In this document: positions 33,044 to 42,089 of the stretch, one piece after another
Layout: the number at the start of each line of letters is the position of its first letter
How positions within the stretch are numbered: position 1 is the first letter of the stretch
Virus record (IMG/VR): IMGVR_UViG_3300033463_000109
Coordinates: 2,925-66,924 of that record
Length of the DNA: 64,000 bases
Strand: one strand, 5' to 3'
Origin: a virus
Position numbers and translations under genes: made by a program
Notes under the pieces: model-generated
What the model was told of the DNA's origin: nothing
The model's database searches: none
Seen by the model: the letters and a program-made list of their open reading frames with translations, nothing else

Positions 33044-34312
33044 TTATTCTAAAACTAGTTTATTATTTACTATTTGGCTATTTGTGCCAATATTTAATTC
33101 TAATGTATTATTACTAATATTGTCAGCTTCTGTTAATTCCATTGTCTCATCTACAATTTCATTACCACTTGTGTTAAACAAATCTAAAATATCTTGTTGA
33201 GTTGCTCTTGTATTTAATTGCTCCTGTAAATTAGCTTCAACACCTTTAGCTCTTGTCTCTTCTGTATCAACATCAGCTGCTCTGTCGATTATTTCTTGAT
33301 CAATTTTATCATCTAAGACACCTTCAGCGGTTGTAGCTCTTAGCTCTTCAGCATCAACATCATCAGCTCTATCTTGAATTTCTTGATCTAGCTTGGCTTC
33401 TATTCTGGCCTCTTCATCACCAGCTCTTTGCTCTTCAGCTTCAATATTATCTTGTAAGACGCCCTCAGCTTCAATCGCCCTGGCTTCTTCTGCATCTACA
33501 TCATCTATTCTATCTTGAATTTCTTGGTCTATCTTCTCGTCTAAAGCTGTTTCAGCATCTATAGCTCTAGCCTCTTCATCATCGACATCTTGAATTCTAT
33601 CTGCTATTTCTTGATCAATTTTATCATCTAAGTCTTTTTCAGCTGCTTTAGCTCTTGCAATTTCTGCTATTAAATTTTCGTTTAGATTTTCTAAAATATC
33701 AATGCCGGCTAAAATTCTAACTTCAATTTCATCCAGCTCCGCTAAATATTCATTCATAGTGTCTGCATTTAGCTTTGCAAGTTTAGCTATTTCAACTTCT
33801 GGCTCTGGGTCATCTCTTTTTAATCTAGCATCTGTAACTTGTGCAGTTGTCGCCCAGGCAGCAGTATATCTATCTCCTGTTTCAGCATCTGTATATATTA
33901 CACGCAAATAAAGTAATACTTGCTCTAAATAGATAGGCACACGATTAAAATATTCGGCAGGAATTGTAAATGTTTGACCAATTGGGTCTATACCTTCTAT
34001 TTTATCTGTAGCATCTATTATAGCATTATAATTTAGACCTTCAACAGCTGAAGTTAATTTAACAGCTCTAATCTTTCTTAATTCTGAGTCATCATTTGAA
34101 ATATATACATAGTCAGAATCTAAAAGAGCATCAAAATCCGGAATCTCTTTTGCTATTCTTTTTGTATTTTTTGGAACTAGTCTATCTTCTAAAACCTTTA
34201 ATCTGCCATTTTCGCCTAAATCTCTTGGAGCACCAGGAACAACTGGAGCAGCATTAGGCACAATTGGTGGTCTATTTGGATACAAAGGTTGATTTATTGG
34301 CTTTTTATTCAT
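33044..34312 (-). CDS. acidic coiled-coil repeat protein (tail-fibre or assembly-associated)
   Basis: 422 aa. N-terminus is Pro-rich. The body has repeats 'IDQEIQDRIDDVDAEEARAIEAEG'. Confidence 0.4.
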   Translation of the reverse strand: MNKKPINQPLYPNRPPIVPNAAPVVPGAPRDLGENGRLKVLEDRLVPKNTKRIAKEIPDFDALLDSDYVYISNDDSELRKIRAVKLTSAVEGLNYNAIIDATDKIEGIDPIGQTFTIPAEYFNRVPIYLEQVLLYLRVIYTDAETGDRYTAAWATTAQVTDARLKRDDPEPEVEIAKLAKLNADTMNEYLAELDEIEVRILAGIDILENLNENLIAEIARAKAAEKDLDDKIDQEIADRIQDVDDEEARAIDAETALDEKIDQEIQDRIDDVDAEEARAIEAEGVLQDNIEAEEQRAGDEEARIEAKLDQEIQDRADDVDAEELRATTAEGVLDDKIDQEIIDRAADVDTEETRAKGVEANLQEQLNTRATQQDILDLFNTSGNEIVDETMELTEADNISNNTLELNIGTNSQIVNNKLVLE

Positions 34313-34967
34313 TTAGTGCTCTCCTGCGCAATATTTTTAACTTGTCAGTCAAATAATTTAGCATAAAAATACCAGCTAATAATTAAATTGCTGGTGTTGG
34401 TTTGAATAAAAAATGAGCTCATTATAAGCCCATATTTCAACGAGATTATAATAGGTAGATATTTTGCTTGCTTATAGCTTTATAAGTCTTATATAAGACT
34501 TAGCTAAGTCATATAAATAAAATGAGACGGCTCCCGTAAAGCAGAAAGTCGCCCCATCCTATATTTTAGCCCCAGTATGAATTTAATCCATAACCGGTAA
34601 CTTTTCCTAAATCAATTAAGAAGTCTCTTAACCAATTAGACTTGCTTTGTTTTTGTTGAACTTTTTTGCGTCCACACATTAAAATTATACTTACCATACC
34701 TCTCATTTACCCGGATACTTGCTCTTTTTGTATCCTTCCTTTAAAACATATATTTAATCTTTGCTCTAAAATAGCACATTTTAGCACCTAATATGCTCTA
34801 CACCTAAGTAATTAGCTTAGATATTAGCTTTTCATAGCACTATTTTAAGATTATCTAAGTAATTTGCCTCCAGAATCACCTTAATTTAGCTTAAAATTGC
34901 AACAAATTATTGCAAATTTGCCACACTCTAGGCTATAAAAGTAGAGCCAAATTTGGCCCTTGCTTTT
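34313..34967. promoter_or_regulatory. 655-bp ORF-free regulatory region rich in perfect palindromes
   Basis: It contains 'TAAGTCTTATATAAGACTTA' (a 20-nt perfect palindrome), 'GGCCAAATTTGGCC', the hairpin 'CCAGCtaataattaaattGCTGG', repeated 'TTGCAA', and the 'AATAATTTAGCATAAAAAT' motif. Confidence 0.35.
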
Positions 34968-35168
34968 TTAATACTTAACCTTTGGTCCTAAACCTAAAGA
35001 AATGCCTGAAGGTGGAAGCTCTCCTTCTTTTAATTTATACTGGCAAGTCCTCACGCTGTCTTTGCATCTAAACTTGCATCTTGGTGTCTCACAATAATAG
35101 CAGCATAAAAACTTTTTGTCTTTATCTTCACACATATTCTTAAAACTACAATTATAAGTCTTACTCAT
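34968..35168 (-). CDS. small Cys-rich (zinc-ribbon-like) protein
   Basis: 66 aa with nine Cys arranged as CxxC pairs. Confidence 0.3.
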   Translation of the reverse strand: MSKTYNCSFKNMCEDKDKKFLCCYYCETPRCKFRCKDSVRTCQYKLKEGELPPSGISLGLGPKVKY

Positions 35169-36093
35169 CTAAAAGTTCGTCCTCCAATACCAACATATTT
35201 ATTTTATGTCCATAAACTGTGCAATGATCACAGAAAATAACCTTATGCTTTTCATCTACTACATAGTTATATTCTTCTGGTTTTACATCTTCTTTGCTCC
35301 ACCAGCCATCAAAGAATTCAGCTCTTGGCCCAAAAGCAAATGCATGCCAATGACCTACCACTATCCACTTATCCCAACCATTTGGAAAATAGCTGCAGTG
35401 TTGTGCATAATCAAAAGGTGTTTTAGTCCATATCCAATGATGCCAATCTTCATCTGAATACTTATTAAGTTTTTTATAGTCATAAACCATATCATAATTA
35501 TAATCAGATAGCTTAGGTGATTTCTTCACTTGTCTATAAGGAAGCCAGCCATGTGTAAAAACATAGTTTTTAGTCTCAAAATAATATGGTAAATTATCAC
35601 ACCATTCTTTTAGCTGCTTTCCTTCGCCAAGCATATTTACAGCACAAACTTCTTCTTCATATGACTTGCCAAAATATCTATCATAGAATTTGTCCGGTTC
35701 AGGCTTATCTGGTAGACTATTAAGGTAATCATAAACCGGATCCATTATATCTGGGTCTTTATTTATATTTTTTATATTAGCAAAGAAGCTAAGTATCGTT
35801 TTGTCTTCGCCATTTTGTTCATCAAGGTCTGATACAAAGCCTTTTTCAAGCATTTTAGCTACAAAGTATTCTTCGTGATTACCCTTAATACAAATAGGCT
35901 TATTTTTATGTGTATTAGAAATTAAGTATCTCCAGATACCATAAGGACCCTTACCTGTTGTAGCACGGCCAAAATAGTCGCCAATAACAACTATTTGATG
36001 ATCTGGATTCTTTTTGTCATAGCCAGATTCTTTAATAGCTGCCATCATAGCTTTATAATCGCCATGAATATCGCTCATTACAAATAACTTCAT
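35161..36093 (-). CDS. calcineurin-like metallophosphoesterase
   Basis: 310 aa with 'VMSDIHGD' and 'VVIGDYFGR' (MPE motifs I and II). Confidence 0.6.
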   Translation of the reverse strand: MKLFVMSDIHGDYKAMMAAIKESGYDKKNPDHQIVVIGDYFGRATTGKGPYGIWRYLISNTHKNKPICIKGNHEEYFVAKMLEKGFVSDLDEQNGEDKTILSFFANIKNINKDPDIMDPVYDYLNSLPDKPEPDKFYDRYFGKSYEEEVCAVNMLGEGKQLKEWCDNLPYYFETKNYVFTHGWLPYRQVKKSPKLSDYNYDMVYDYKKLNKYSDEDWHHWIWTKTPFDYAQHCSYFPNGWDKWIVVGHWHAFAFGPRAEFFDGWWSKEDVKPEEYNYVVDEKHKVIFCDHCTVYGHKINMLVLEDELLDE

Positions 36094-36452
36094 TTCTTCT
36101 TACGCTTATCCTTTTTTGGCTTATTGTTCCAATACCATAGCACATCCCAGTTATTATACTTACCTATCATAAATAACAAGATAATTGCTGATGTAAATGA
36201 AACACCTAATGCCACCCATCCATTAACCATTCTTTTTATCCTCCTTGGTGTATAAAGCTCTATTGCTCTTAATTATAATCAAAACATCATCAAGCTGTTC
36301 AATTTTGCCTGTTAAAATGTCAATCTTTTCTTTCATAAGCTTACTTCTAAACAAGAAAAATTGTTTATCATACATCTTTTTTAATGCTTCTCTTTCTGCT
36401 ATTAAACCATTTCTTTTTAGCTCTAATGTTTTGTATAAACTAACGCTCATCT

Positions 36453-37082
36453 TTAATACTCCTTTGTTTCTGGTATATATTTATCAAATTCTTCAATTTG
36501 AATAGGTCTAAAGTTTTGTCTTTCAACACAAACGCATTGTGAGTGCTCTGTATGTGTATTATACATTGAGTTTCCATGCACGTGCCCATAAATATTAAAA
36601 AATGGCATATTGTCATTCATATAAGCAAGCGGCGCATGAGAAAGCACAAAGAAATCTTTTAAGATAATTGGATACTTAGATACATACTCAAAGCCGCCAT
36701 CTAAATAAGCTGCAAGTGGCAAGTTATCGTGATTTCCCATAATCATACGCTTGTGTCCATTTAGCTTTTTGATGAAGTCTTTAATGTTAGCTTTATTTCC
36801 CATAGCTAAATCGCCTAAAAACCAAACTGTATCTTCTGGTTTTACAACCTTATTCCAGTTTCTTATCAAGCACTCATTATGCACTTCTAAGATAAACTTT
36901 CTTTGCTCTTCATCCTCTAAGTATTCCAATACCTTATTTACTTTTTCTGCATGGCTTAAGCCTTCATTCCATCTATACTTTTTTTCGAGCTCCTCAATAA
37001 CCATATCAATACGAGATGGCTCATATTTTAATATGTTCTTATGGTTAAAATGTAAATCGCTTATAAAGTATGTCTTGTTCAT
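36453..37082 (-). CDS. calcineurin-like metallophosphoesterase
   Basis: 209 aa with 'ISDLHFNH', 'LGDLAMGN', 'GNHD'. Confidence 0.6.
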   Translation of the reverse strand: MNKTYFISDLHFNHKNILKYEPSRIDMVIEELEKKYRWNEGLSHAEKVNKVLEYLEDEEQRKFILEVHNECLIRNWNKVVKPEDTVWFLGDLAMGNKANIKDFIKKLNGHKRMIMGNHDNLPLAAYLDGGFEYVSKYPIILKDFFVLSHAPLAYMNDNMPFFNIYGHVHGNSMYNTHTEHSQCVCVERQNFRPIQIEEFDKYIPETKEY

Positions 37083-37834
37083 TAAAAGTTAATCCTCTTT
37101 TCAATATAGTCTCTGCCTTCATTTACAAACTTAGGAATGTCTAAGTCTACAAACCAGCCATCATTATTTCTAACTGCACAGCTTCCTCTCTTTAGATAAG
37201 TTGGAAAGTTATTCCAGTTAATTCCCTTTTGAAGCATTAGCATATCTTGAAGCTCATTACAGCTCTTACCTTGAAGCTCCTTGTGCGAGAAGTTTGCTTG
37301 AGCTACCATTTGCACAGAGTTTCTTTCAGCATCCATTTGTCTCCAAAGCACACAGTTGCATACTTCTTCTTTAGGGATATTAAATGCTCTTGCATCAAAC
37401 ATAGCTTGTCCAAGCTTTTTAGCATAAGCTTTAAACTCATCTGTATTGCCGGTCATCTCAGCTACATTTTCAGCAAAGTGCTTATTAAAGCTAAGTGTTG
37501 CAATAGAAGCTCCAATTGATACAATCTTTTGTACTTGATAATCAAACCAAGCTTCTGATTCTAATGTCTTATAATCTACTAAGACTAATGTAATTTCATC
37601 TGATTGTGTGTAGCCTAATACACAGCCTTGCACATTCTTACATAAGTCTAACATTGTGTCTTGCATTGTCTTTACAAGAATATCATCAAAAGGCTTGCGC
37701 ATCTGTTTCGTAAACGAATGAAATGCGCGACCATCTAAACGCATAATAACAGGCACACGTCTTGTTAAGTATGTTTTAGATCTATTCTCGTAGTTTTCTT
37801 TCATTCTGTTTCCTAAATCATCTCTTAGTGCCAT
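37082..37834 (-). CDS. Thg1-like protein (tRNA-His guanylyltransferase family, 3'-5' nucleotide addition)
   Basis: 250 aa. 'VPVIMRLDGRAFHSFTKQMRKPFDD' matches the Thg1 'VVRLDGRxFHxFT...KPxD' signature. Confidence 0.5.
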   Translation of the reverse strand: MALRDDLGNRMKENYENRSKTYLTRRVPVIMRLDGRAFHSFTKQMRKPFDDILVKTMQDTMLDLCKNVQGCVLGYTQSDEITLVLVDYKTLESEAWFDYQVQKIVSIGASIATLSFNKHFAENVAEMTGNTDEFKAYAKKLGQAMFDARAFNIPKEEVCNCVLWRQMDAERNSVQMVAQANFSHKELQGKSCNELQDMLMLQKGINWNNFPTYLKRGSCAVRNNDGWFVDLDIPKFVNEGRDYIEKRINF

Positions 37835-37860
37835 AATTATATTCCTCTTTTATCTTTTAT

Positions 37861-38211
37861 TTAGCCAATTGTAAAGCCACATAAACCTTCCCATTCTTTT
37901 GGCCTTTCAATATGTTGATACTTGTCATCAATCCATTCAAAAAATATTGGGTCAAGGTCATCTGGATATAGCCCTGGCTCAAGGCCTTCAATTACTGCAT
38001 ATTTATAGCAGTTTTCATGTATATCACATTTATTCTTTTCAATTACATCAATAGCTTCATCTAAGGTCCCAAAGAAACCGACTACTCTGCTAATATCTCC
38101 GCTTAAGTCTTCTATTGTTGCTACAAAATATAACTTCATATTAATCTCAAACTTCATATTAGTCCCACCATCCTCTAAAATGTCTTGATACGTACAAGAA
38201 GAAGTCATCAA
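37861..38211 (-). CDS. hypothetical protein
   Basis: 116-aa ORF. Confidence 0.3.
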   Translation of the reverse strand: MMTSSCTYQDILEDGGTNMKFEINMKLYFVATIEDLSGDISRVVGFFGTLDEAIDVIEKNKCDIHENCYKYAVIEGLEPGLYPDDLDPIFFEWIDDKYQHIERPKEWEGLCGFTIG

Positions 38212-38875
38212 AAGCTTTTTGTTCAGCTTTATATGCTTTTCTTAGCTTATACTTCCATATATACTTGTTTATGAAGCAGTCCCATCTTGAGCAGTAAGAA
38301 TAATGCACATCTTTATAGTTTTTATGACCATTAGCTTTGCACCAGTCATCTGCTTCTTGATTCTTCAAGAAATTAAGCTCCTCTTTCCTATCATCTCTTA
38401 TTTCTTTAGTCTTATATAGAAGCTTTCCACTATGCATACAGTCGCCTTCGTGTATTTCTACCCAGCTATATGTATGCTTATTTGCCCAAGTGTACACATT
38501 ATCATCAAAATCAGTATCTTGAGCATAATTATAAAGTCTTATGGCTTCCTCTATCTCAGCTGCTATCTTCCCACGCTCTTCTTCCGCAGTCATACCAAAA
38601 CGAGAAAACCAAGCTTTCATCTTTTGTAGCTTATATAAAATCAAGTCCATTAAGAAGCCATGATCCCAGTCCATATCATATTTGATAAAGTCCTTCCACT
38701 CAGCTTGCCATTGGCTGTTTACATAGCTTCTTGGCTTATCTTTAGGTGCATGCTCTTTTTGAAGCTCTTTTATTTCAGCTAAGAAATCAGGATAGCCTGC
38801 TTTTAAGCCTTCTCTATAAGCTTCCTTACAAGCCTCTAATTCTGCCATTGGGTCTCTTTCTAATTCTTCTGCCAT
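38159..38875 (-). CDS. hypothetical protein (Trp/Tyr-rich)
   Basis: 238-aa ORF. The 'TTGTATAATAT' promoter motif lies upstream at ~38901. Confidence 0.35.
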   Translation of the reverse strand: MAEELERDPMAELEACKEAYREGLKAGYPDFLAEIKELQKEHAPKDKPRSYVNSQWQAEWKDFIKYDMDWDHGFLMDLILYKLQKMKAWFSRFGMTAEEERGKIAAEIEEAIRLYNYAQDTDFDDNVYTWANKHTYSWVEIHEGDCMHSGKLLYKTKEIRDDRKEELNFLKNQEADDWCKANGHKNYKDVHYSYCSRWDCFINKYIWKYKLRKAYKAEQKAFDDFFLYVSRHFRGWWD

Positions 38876-38900
38876 ATTAGTCCTTTCCTTATTATACTAA

Positions 38901-38916
38901 TATATTATACAATATT
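38901..38916 (-). promoter_or_regulatory. 'TTGTATAATAT'-family motif
   Basis: 'atatattatacaatat', upstream of gene start 38875. Confidence 0.4.
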
Positions 38917-39268
38917 TTATTTATTTTTATTATACTTTATCAATAAATAAATGTTAAAAAACATAATAAAAAGTTGTAGGAGACCCACAACTAAAATTAA
39001 AAATGAAAAATTGCCTGATAACATTTCAGTCCAAATTGTCTGTAGCCAAGTTAGCATATACACAAATACCTCTCTAAATAGTTTTACAAAATTTAGCAGA
39101 AAAAAAGACCAAGATTATTCTTTTGCTTGATCGGAGCAGTGAATAACCTTGGCTGAAATATTACAGTGGCTAAACTATTAAATAGGTGTGCTACCGTTAC
39201 ACTATCGCCCTATACATTGTTGGCAGGGCTTATCGGAGTCGAACCGTTCCACCGGATTTGTAGTCCTA

Positions 39269-39288
39269 AGAAATAAGTATTAGCTCTA
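39269..39288 (-). repeat. conserved 20-nt motif, copy 1 (plus 'AGAAATAAG-N5-GCTCTA'; minus sense 'TAGAGC-N5-CTTATTTCT')
   Basis: 'agaaataagtattagctcta'. Lies immediately 5' (minus sense) of a tRNA 3'-half-like segment (T-arm 'GGTTCGACTCC', ...CCCTGCCA). Confidence 0.5.
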
Positions 39289-39345
39289 TGTATTTAGTTT
39301 TTTGGCCTAACTATCCTTTTTAATAATCCCAATTTGCTAAAAAAT

Positions 39346-39364
39346 GAAATAAGTATAGGCTCTA
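39346..39364 (-). repeat. conserved motif, copy 2
   Basis: 'gaaataagtataggctcta'. Confidence 0.45.
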
Positions 39365-39395
39365 AAACTTTATGTCAAAATTTGGCTTGGCTAGT

Positions 39396-39476
39396 GTAAT
39401 ACAAGCCGCTGCTCTACCCCTGAGCTACACCCGGCATACTGTGTCGGGTGATGGGAATCGAACCCATGACTCGCGG
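39396..39476 (-). ncRNA. permuted tRNA-like unit (3' half then 5' half; anticodon-stem halves split between the two)
   Basis: Minus sense: 'GGGC GCCGC GAGTC ATGGG TTCGATT CCCAT CACCCGA C' + 'ACAGTAT G' + 'CCGGGTG TA GCTC AGGGGTA GAGC A GCGGC'. CCGGGTG/CACCCGA pair 6/7. GCGGC/GCCGC pair as an anticodon stem. Confidence 0.35.
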
Positions 39477-39494
39477 CGCCCTTTAATATTTGTT

Positions 39495-39514
39495 AGAAAT
39501 AAGCACAAGCTCTA
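39495..39514 (-). repeat. conserved motif, copy 3
   Basis: 'agaaataagcacaagctcta', 5' of a tRNA 3'-half-like segment 'ATGGG TTCGATT CCCAT CACCCGA'. Confidence 0.5.
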
Positions 39515-39540
39515 ATTGTTATATTCAAGTTTGAGGCCAG

Positions 39541-39598
39541 GCTATTAATAATACGCGGTTTGGTTGCGTATTATAGGAATCGAACCTATAATAACCAT
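39541..39598 (-). ncRNA. permuted tRNA-like unit (T-arm + acceptor 3' strand, linker, then perfectly complementary acceptor 5' strand)
   Basis: Minus sense: 'ATAGG TTCGATT CCTAT AATACGC A ACCAAACC GCGTATT AT...'. GCGTATT is the exact complement of AATACGC. Confidence 0.3.
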
Positions 39599-39599
39599 T

Positions 39600-39619
39600 A
39601 GAAATAAGCACTGGCTCTA
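39600..39619 (-). repeat. conserved motif, copy 4
   Basis: 'agaaataagcactggctcta', 5' of a 3'-half-like segment 'ATAGG TTCGATT CCTAT AATACGC'. Confidence 0.5.
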
Positions 39620-39737
39620 ATTGTTGGCTGAACTATAAATCTGTTTGGCTGGGACTGCAACCCAGATTTCCGCCTTAGGAGGACGGTGTTTTTTACGCTT
39701 TTTAAACTACCAAACTTGGTCTTTTGTTAAGAAAGAT

Positions 39738-39757
39738 AGAAATAAGTATCAGCTCTA
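39738..39757 (-). repeat. conserved motif, copy 5
   Basis: 'agaaataagtatcagctcta', 5' of an anticodon arm 'CCGTC CTCCTAA GGCGG' and T-arm-like 'CTGGG TTGCAGT CCCAG'. Confidence 0.45.
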
Positions 39758-39766
39758 TTTTTATTG

Positions 39767-41734
39767 TTAATTTGCATTAGCTAAGGCTACTAGCTTTTCT
39801 AGTTCAAATGTTCTAATAACCTTTTGCTTTTCTGTATTGATTACAGCTGTATCATCTAAGACAATATCAGCTTCTTCTGGAGTGGCTACTAATTCACCTC
39901 TTTGCTCCATAATATTACCAATATTCAAGTCTAAGAATGATGGGTCTAAATACTTGTCAAAACCTGCACCATCTGAAGCTGTCAATGTTCTAGCGTTGCA
40001 TTCTACCATTAAGTTTAATGAAATGATTTCCATTGTATCTAAATCAATAGCAAATGCTGTGCAGTATCTTGTATCACCCTTTACATGGAATTGTAAAGCC
40101 ATATTCTTTGGATCCCAAGCTCTTGTATTTAGATCATCCTTGTTTTGGTATCCACAGTAGATTTCACCCTCATTTAGAGTGCTTTGGTAGCCATGTAAAC
40201 CTTGAATGATGTACTTACATCCTCTTGCCTTCATGGCTTGTAGGTTAATGTCAAAGTATTCAGCACCATCTCTACCTCTGTCATCGCCTGAGAATAAAAT
40301 GTCGTTTCCAAATGGCTTTTCTGAATAATTGCAATAGTTCATTGTAGCTACTCTGCCATCTTCAAATATTAATAGTAAGTCTGAATCAATATCATAAGCA
40401 TTCTTCCAATAGATGAAAGATCTAATATACTTACCTTGACAAGCTACTCTTGAGCCTGTTGGTAATGTATCAATGCCCTTACCAGAAGCTGAAGTATTAG
40501 TTGGTAAACCAATGTTATAGAAAGCTGGGTTAATGTAAATCTTTCCTAACTTTGGCAAATTAGCATAGTATTCTAATACCTTTCCAATGCACTTTTCTCT
40601 TAGGAACTTTAATGTGCCTTCTGATAATCTTGACTTTCTCCATCTTGCTTCGTAGTCAGTTTCAACGTGTCTCTTAACCTTATTCTTAGCGAAGAATGTG
40701 AATGTTCTAGCTTGATTTCCATCAGCCTTTAATGTATTTACCAATTGTAGTAAAACGATTGGATTCTTGGCTTCTAACAAGCCCAAAATCTTAATTTGGT
40801 CTTCTGGATTAGCTCTTGATAAAAGCATCTTTAGGTTTCTTTGCAATAAAGAACCATTCTTAGCATATACTTGTGCTGCTTCATAAATCTTACCTTGCTT
40901 AAACAAAGCTGTAGCCTTCTTATATGGAGAGTTGGCTTCAACTTGCTTCATAAAAGCTGCATCACCAAACTTTTGGATTAGCTTGTTGAAATACTTAGCT
41001 TGCTTCTTTGACAATGGGCAGTTTCTTGATAGCTTCAAAGCAGCTTCTAAAATAGTAGCTTGCTTGTCTGACAAAGCCTTTACAGCTTGATCTAATGAAG
41101 CCTTTTCACCCATGTACTTAATAGATAGCTTTACTACGTCCTTCTTATCTAAGAACTTAGCGAATTCAACATTCTTATCTAATAATAACATAATGTTATC
41201 CTTACACTTTAAGCCATTTTCTGTATCTACTAAGCCTTCATTGAATAGCAATTCAAATTCAGCTACTTCGTCTAAGCCGAATGGTCTTGTGTAAGCACAG
41301 TAAGCATCAGCTACTTCTCTTAGCTTAGCTAAAGCCTCTGTTGGCTCTAAGATAGTGAAATTACGTAAAACAATTTCATCGCCTACCTTATATTCTGGCA
41401 AGTCCTTCTTAAAGATTTCTGGTCTTGTATAAATTCCTGTGCCTGTTTCAACTAAGAAATATGAAACTAATTGTTCAATTAGCAACTCTGACTTAGTAAA
41501 ATATCTTAAATCTTGTGGATTTGCATAGAAAGAAGCTGGAACATTTAGCTTGTAAAGTCTTGAAATGTCTTCTACCATTTCCTTTGTTAACAAACCTGGC
41601 TTATCTACAGCTATACCATAATTGCATAGCAAATAAGCATTCATGTAAGCATTCTTAGAAGCATCCCTTGTACCTGCTTCATCTGCGACTAAAAAACGTC
41701 TCTTAACTAATAAATCCTTTAATTCCTTTCTCAT
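39767..41734 (-). CDS. large protein with C-terminal TerD-like (Ca-binding) domain, embedded at the edge of the tRNA island
   Basis: 655 aa. 'ILFSGDDRGRDGAEYFDINL' resembles the TerD 'SGDNxTGEGDGDDE' motif. An internal 'LKADGNQAR' resembles ligase motif I but is unverified. Confidence 0.4.
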   Translation of the reverse strand: MRKELKDLLVKRRFLVADEAGTRDASKNAYMNAYLLCNYGIAVDKPGLLTKEMVEDISRLYKLNVPASFYANPQDLRYFTKSELLIEQLVSYFLVETGTGIYTRPEIFKKDLPEYKVGDEIVLRNFTILEPTEALAKLREVADAYCAYTRPFGLDEVAEFELLFNEGLVDTENGLKCKDNIMLLLDKNVEFAKFLDKKDVVKLSIKYMGEKASLDQAVKALSDKQATILEAALKLSRNCPLSKKQAKYFNKLIQKFGDAAFMKQVEANSPYKKATALFKQGKIYEAAQVYAKNGSLLQRNLKMLLSRANPEDQIKILGLLEAKNPIVLLQLVNTLKADGNQARTFTFFAKNKVKRHVETDYEARWRKSRLSEGTLKFLREKCIGKVLEYYANLPKLGKIYINPAFYNIGLPTNTSASGKGIDTLPTGSRVACQGKYIRSFIYWKNAYDIDSDLLLIFEDGRVATMNYCNYSEKPFGNDILFSGDDRGRDGAEYFDINLQAMKARGCKYIIQGLHGYQSTLNEGEIYCGYQNKDDLNTRAWDPKNMALQFHVKGDTRYCTAFAIDLDTMEIISLNLMVECNARTLTASDGAGFDKYLDPSFLDLNIGNIMEQRGELVATPEEADIVLDDTAVINTEKQKVIRTFELEKLVALANAN

Positions 41735-41783
41735 TTTTTTATATTCCTTTCCTTTATTTATTTGGCTCAGCTGTTATATAAGG

Positions 41784-41864
41784 TGCTCTACCGATTGAGC
41801 TACTGATAGCTTCGCAGCTACCAGACGGGGCTCGAACCCGCAACCACCCGCTTAGAAGGCGATC
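41784..41864 (-). ncRNA. circularly permuted tRNA-like unit: 3' half (anticodon TCT arm + T-arm + acceptor 3' strand), 7-nt linker, then cognate 5' half (acceptor 5' strand + D-arm)
   Basis: Minus sense: 'ATCGC CTTCTAA GCGGG TGGTT GCGGG TTCGAGC CCCGT CTGGTAG C' + 'TGCGAAG' + 'CTATCAG TA GCTC AATCGGTA GAGC A'. CTATCAG pairs with CTGGTAG (6 Watson-Crick pairs + 1 G-U). Confidence 0.4.
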
Positions 41865-41875
41865 ATAGAAATAAG

Positions 41876-41896
41876 CATGAGCTCTTATAGGTATTT
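41876..41896 (-). repeat. conserved motif, copy 6
   Basis: 'agaaataagcatgagctctta', 5' of a permuted tRNA-Arg(TCT)-like unit. Confidence 0.5.
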
Positions 41897-42004
41897 TTAG
41901 ATATATCCGCCGCCTGATCAAATTGACCAGGACGGCTAGTTTAATTTGCTTTCGGGGACTCAACATCCCAATGCACCAAAAGCAAACATCAACTTCAATT
42001 TTAT

Positions 42005-42085
<81 letters not shown>

Positions 42086-42089
42086 TTAG

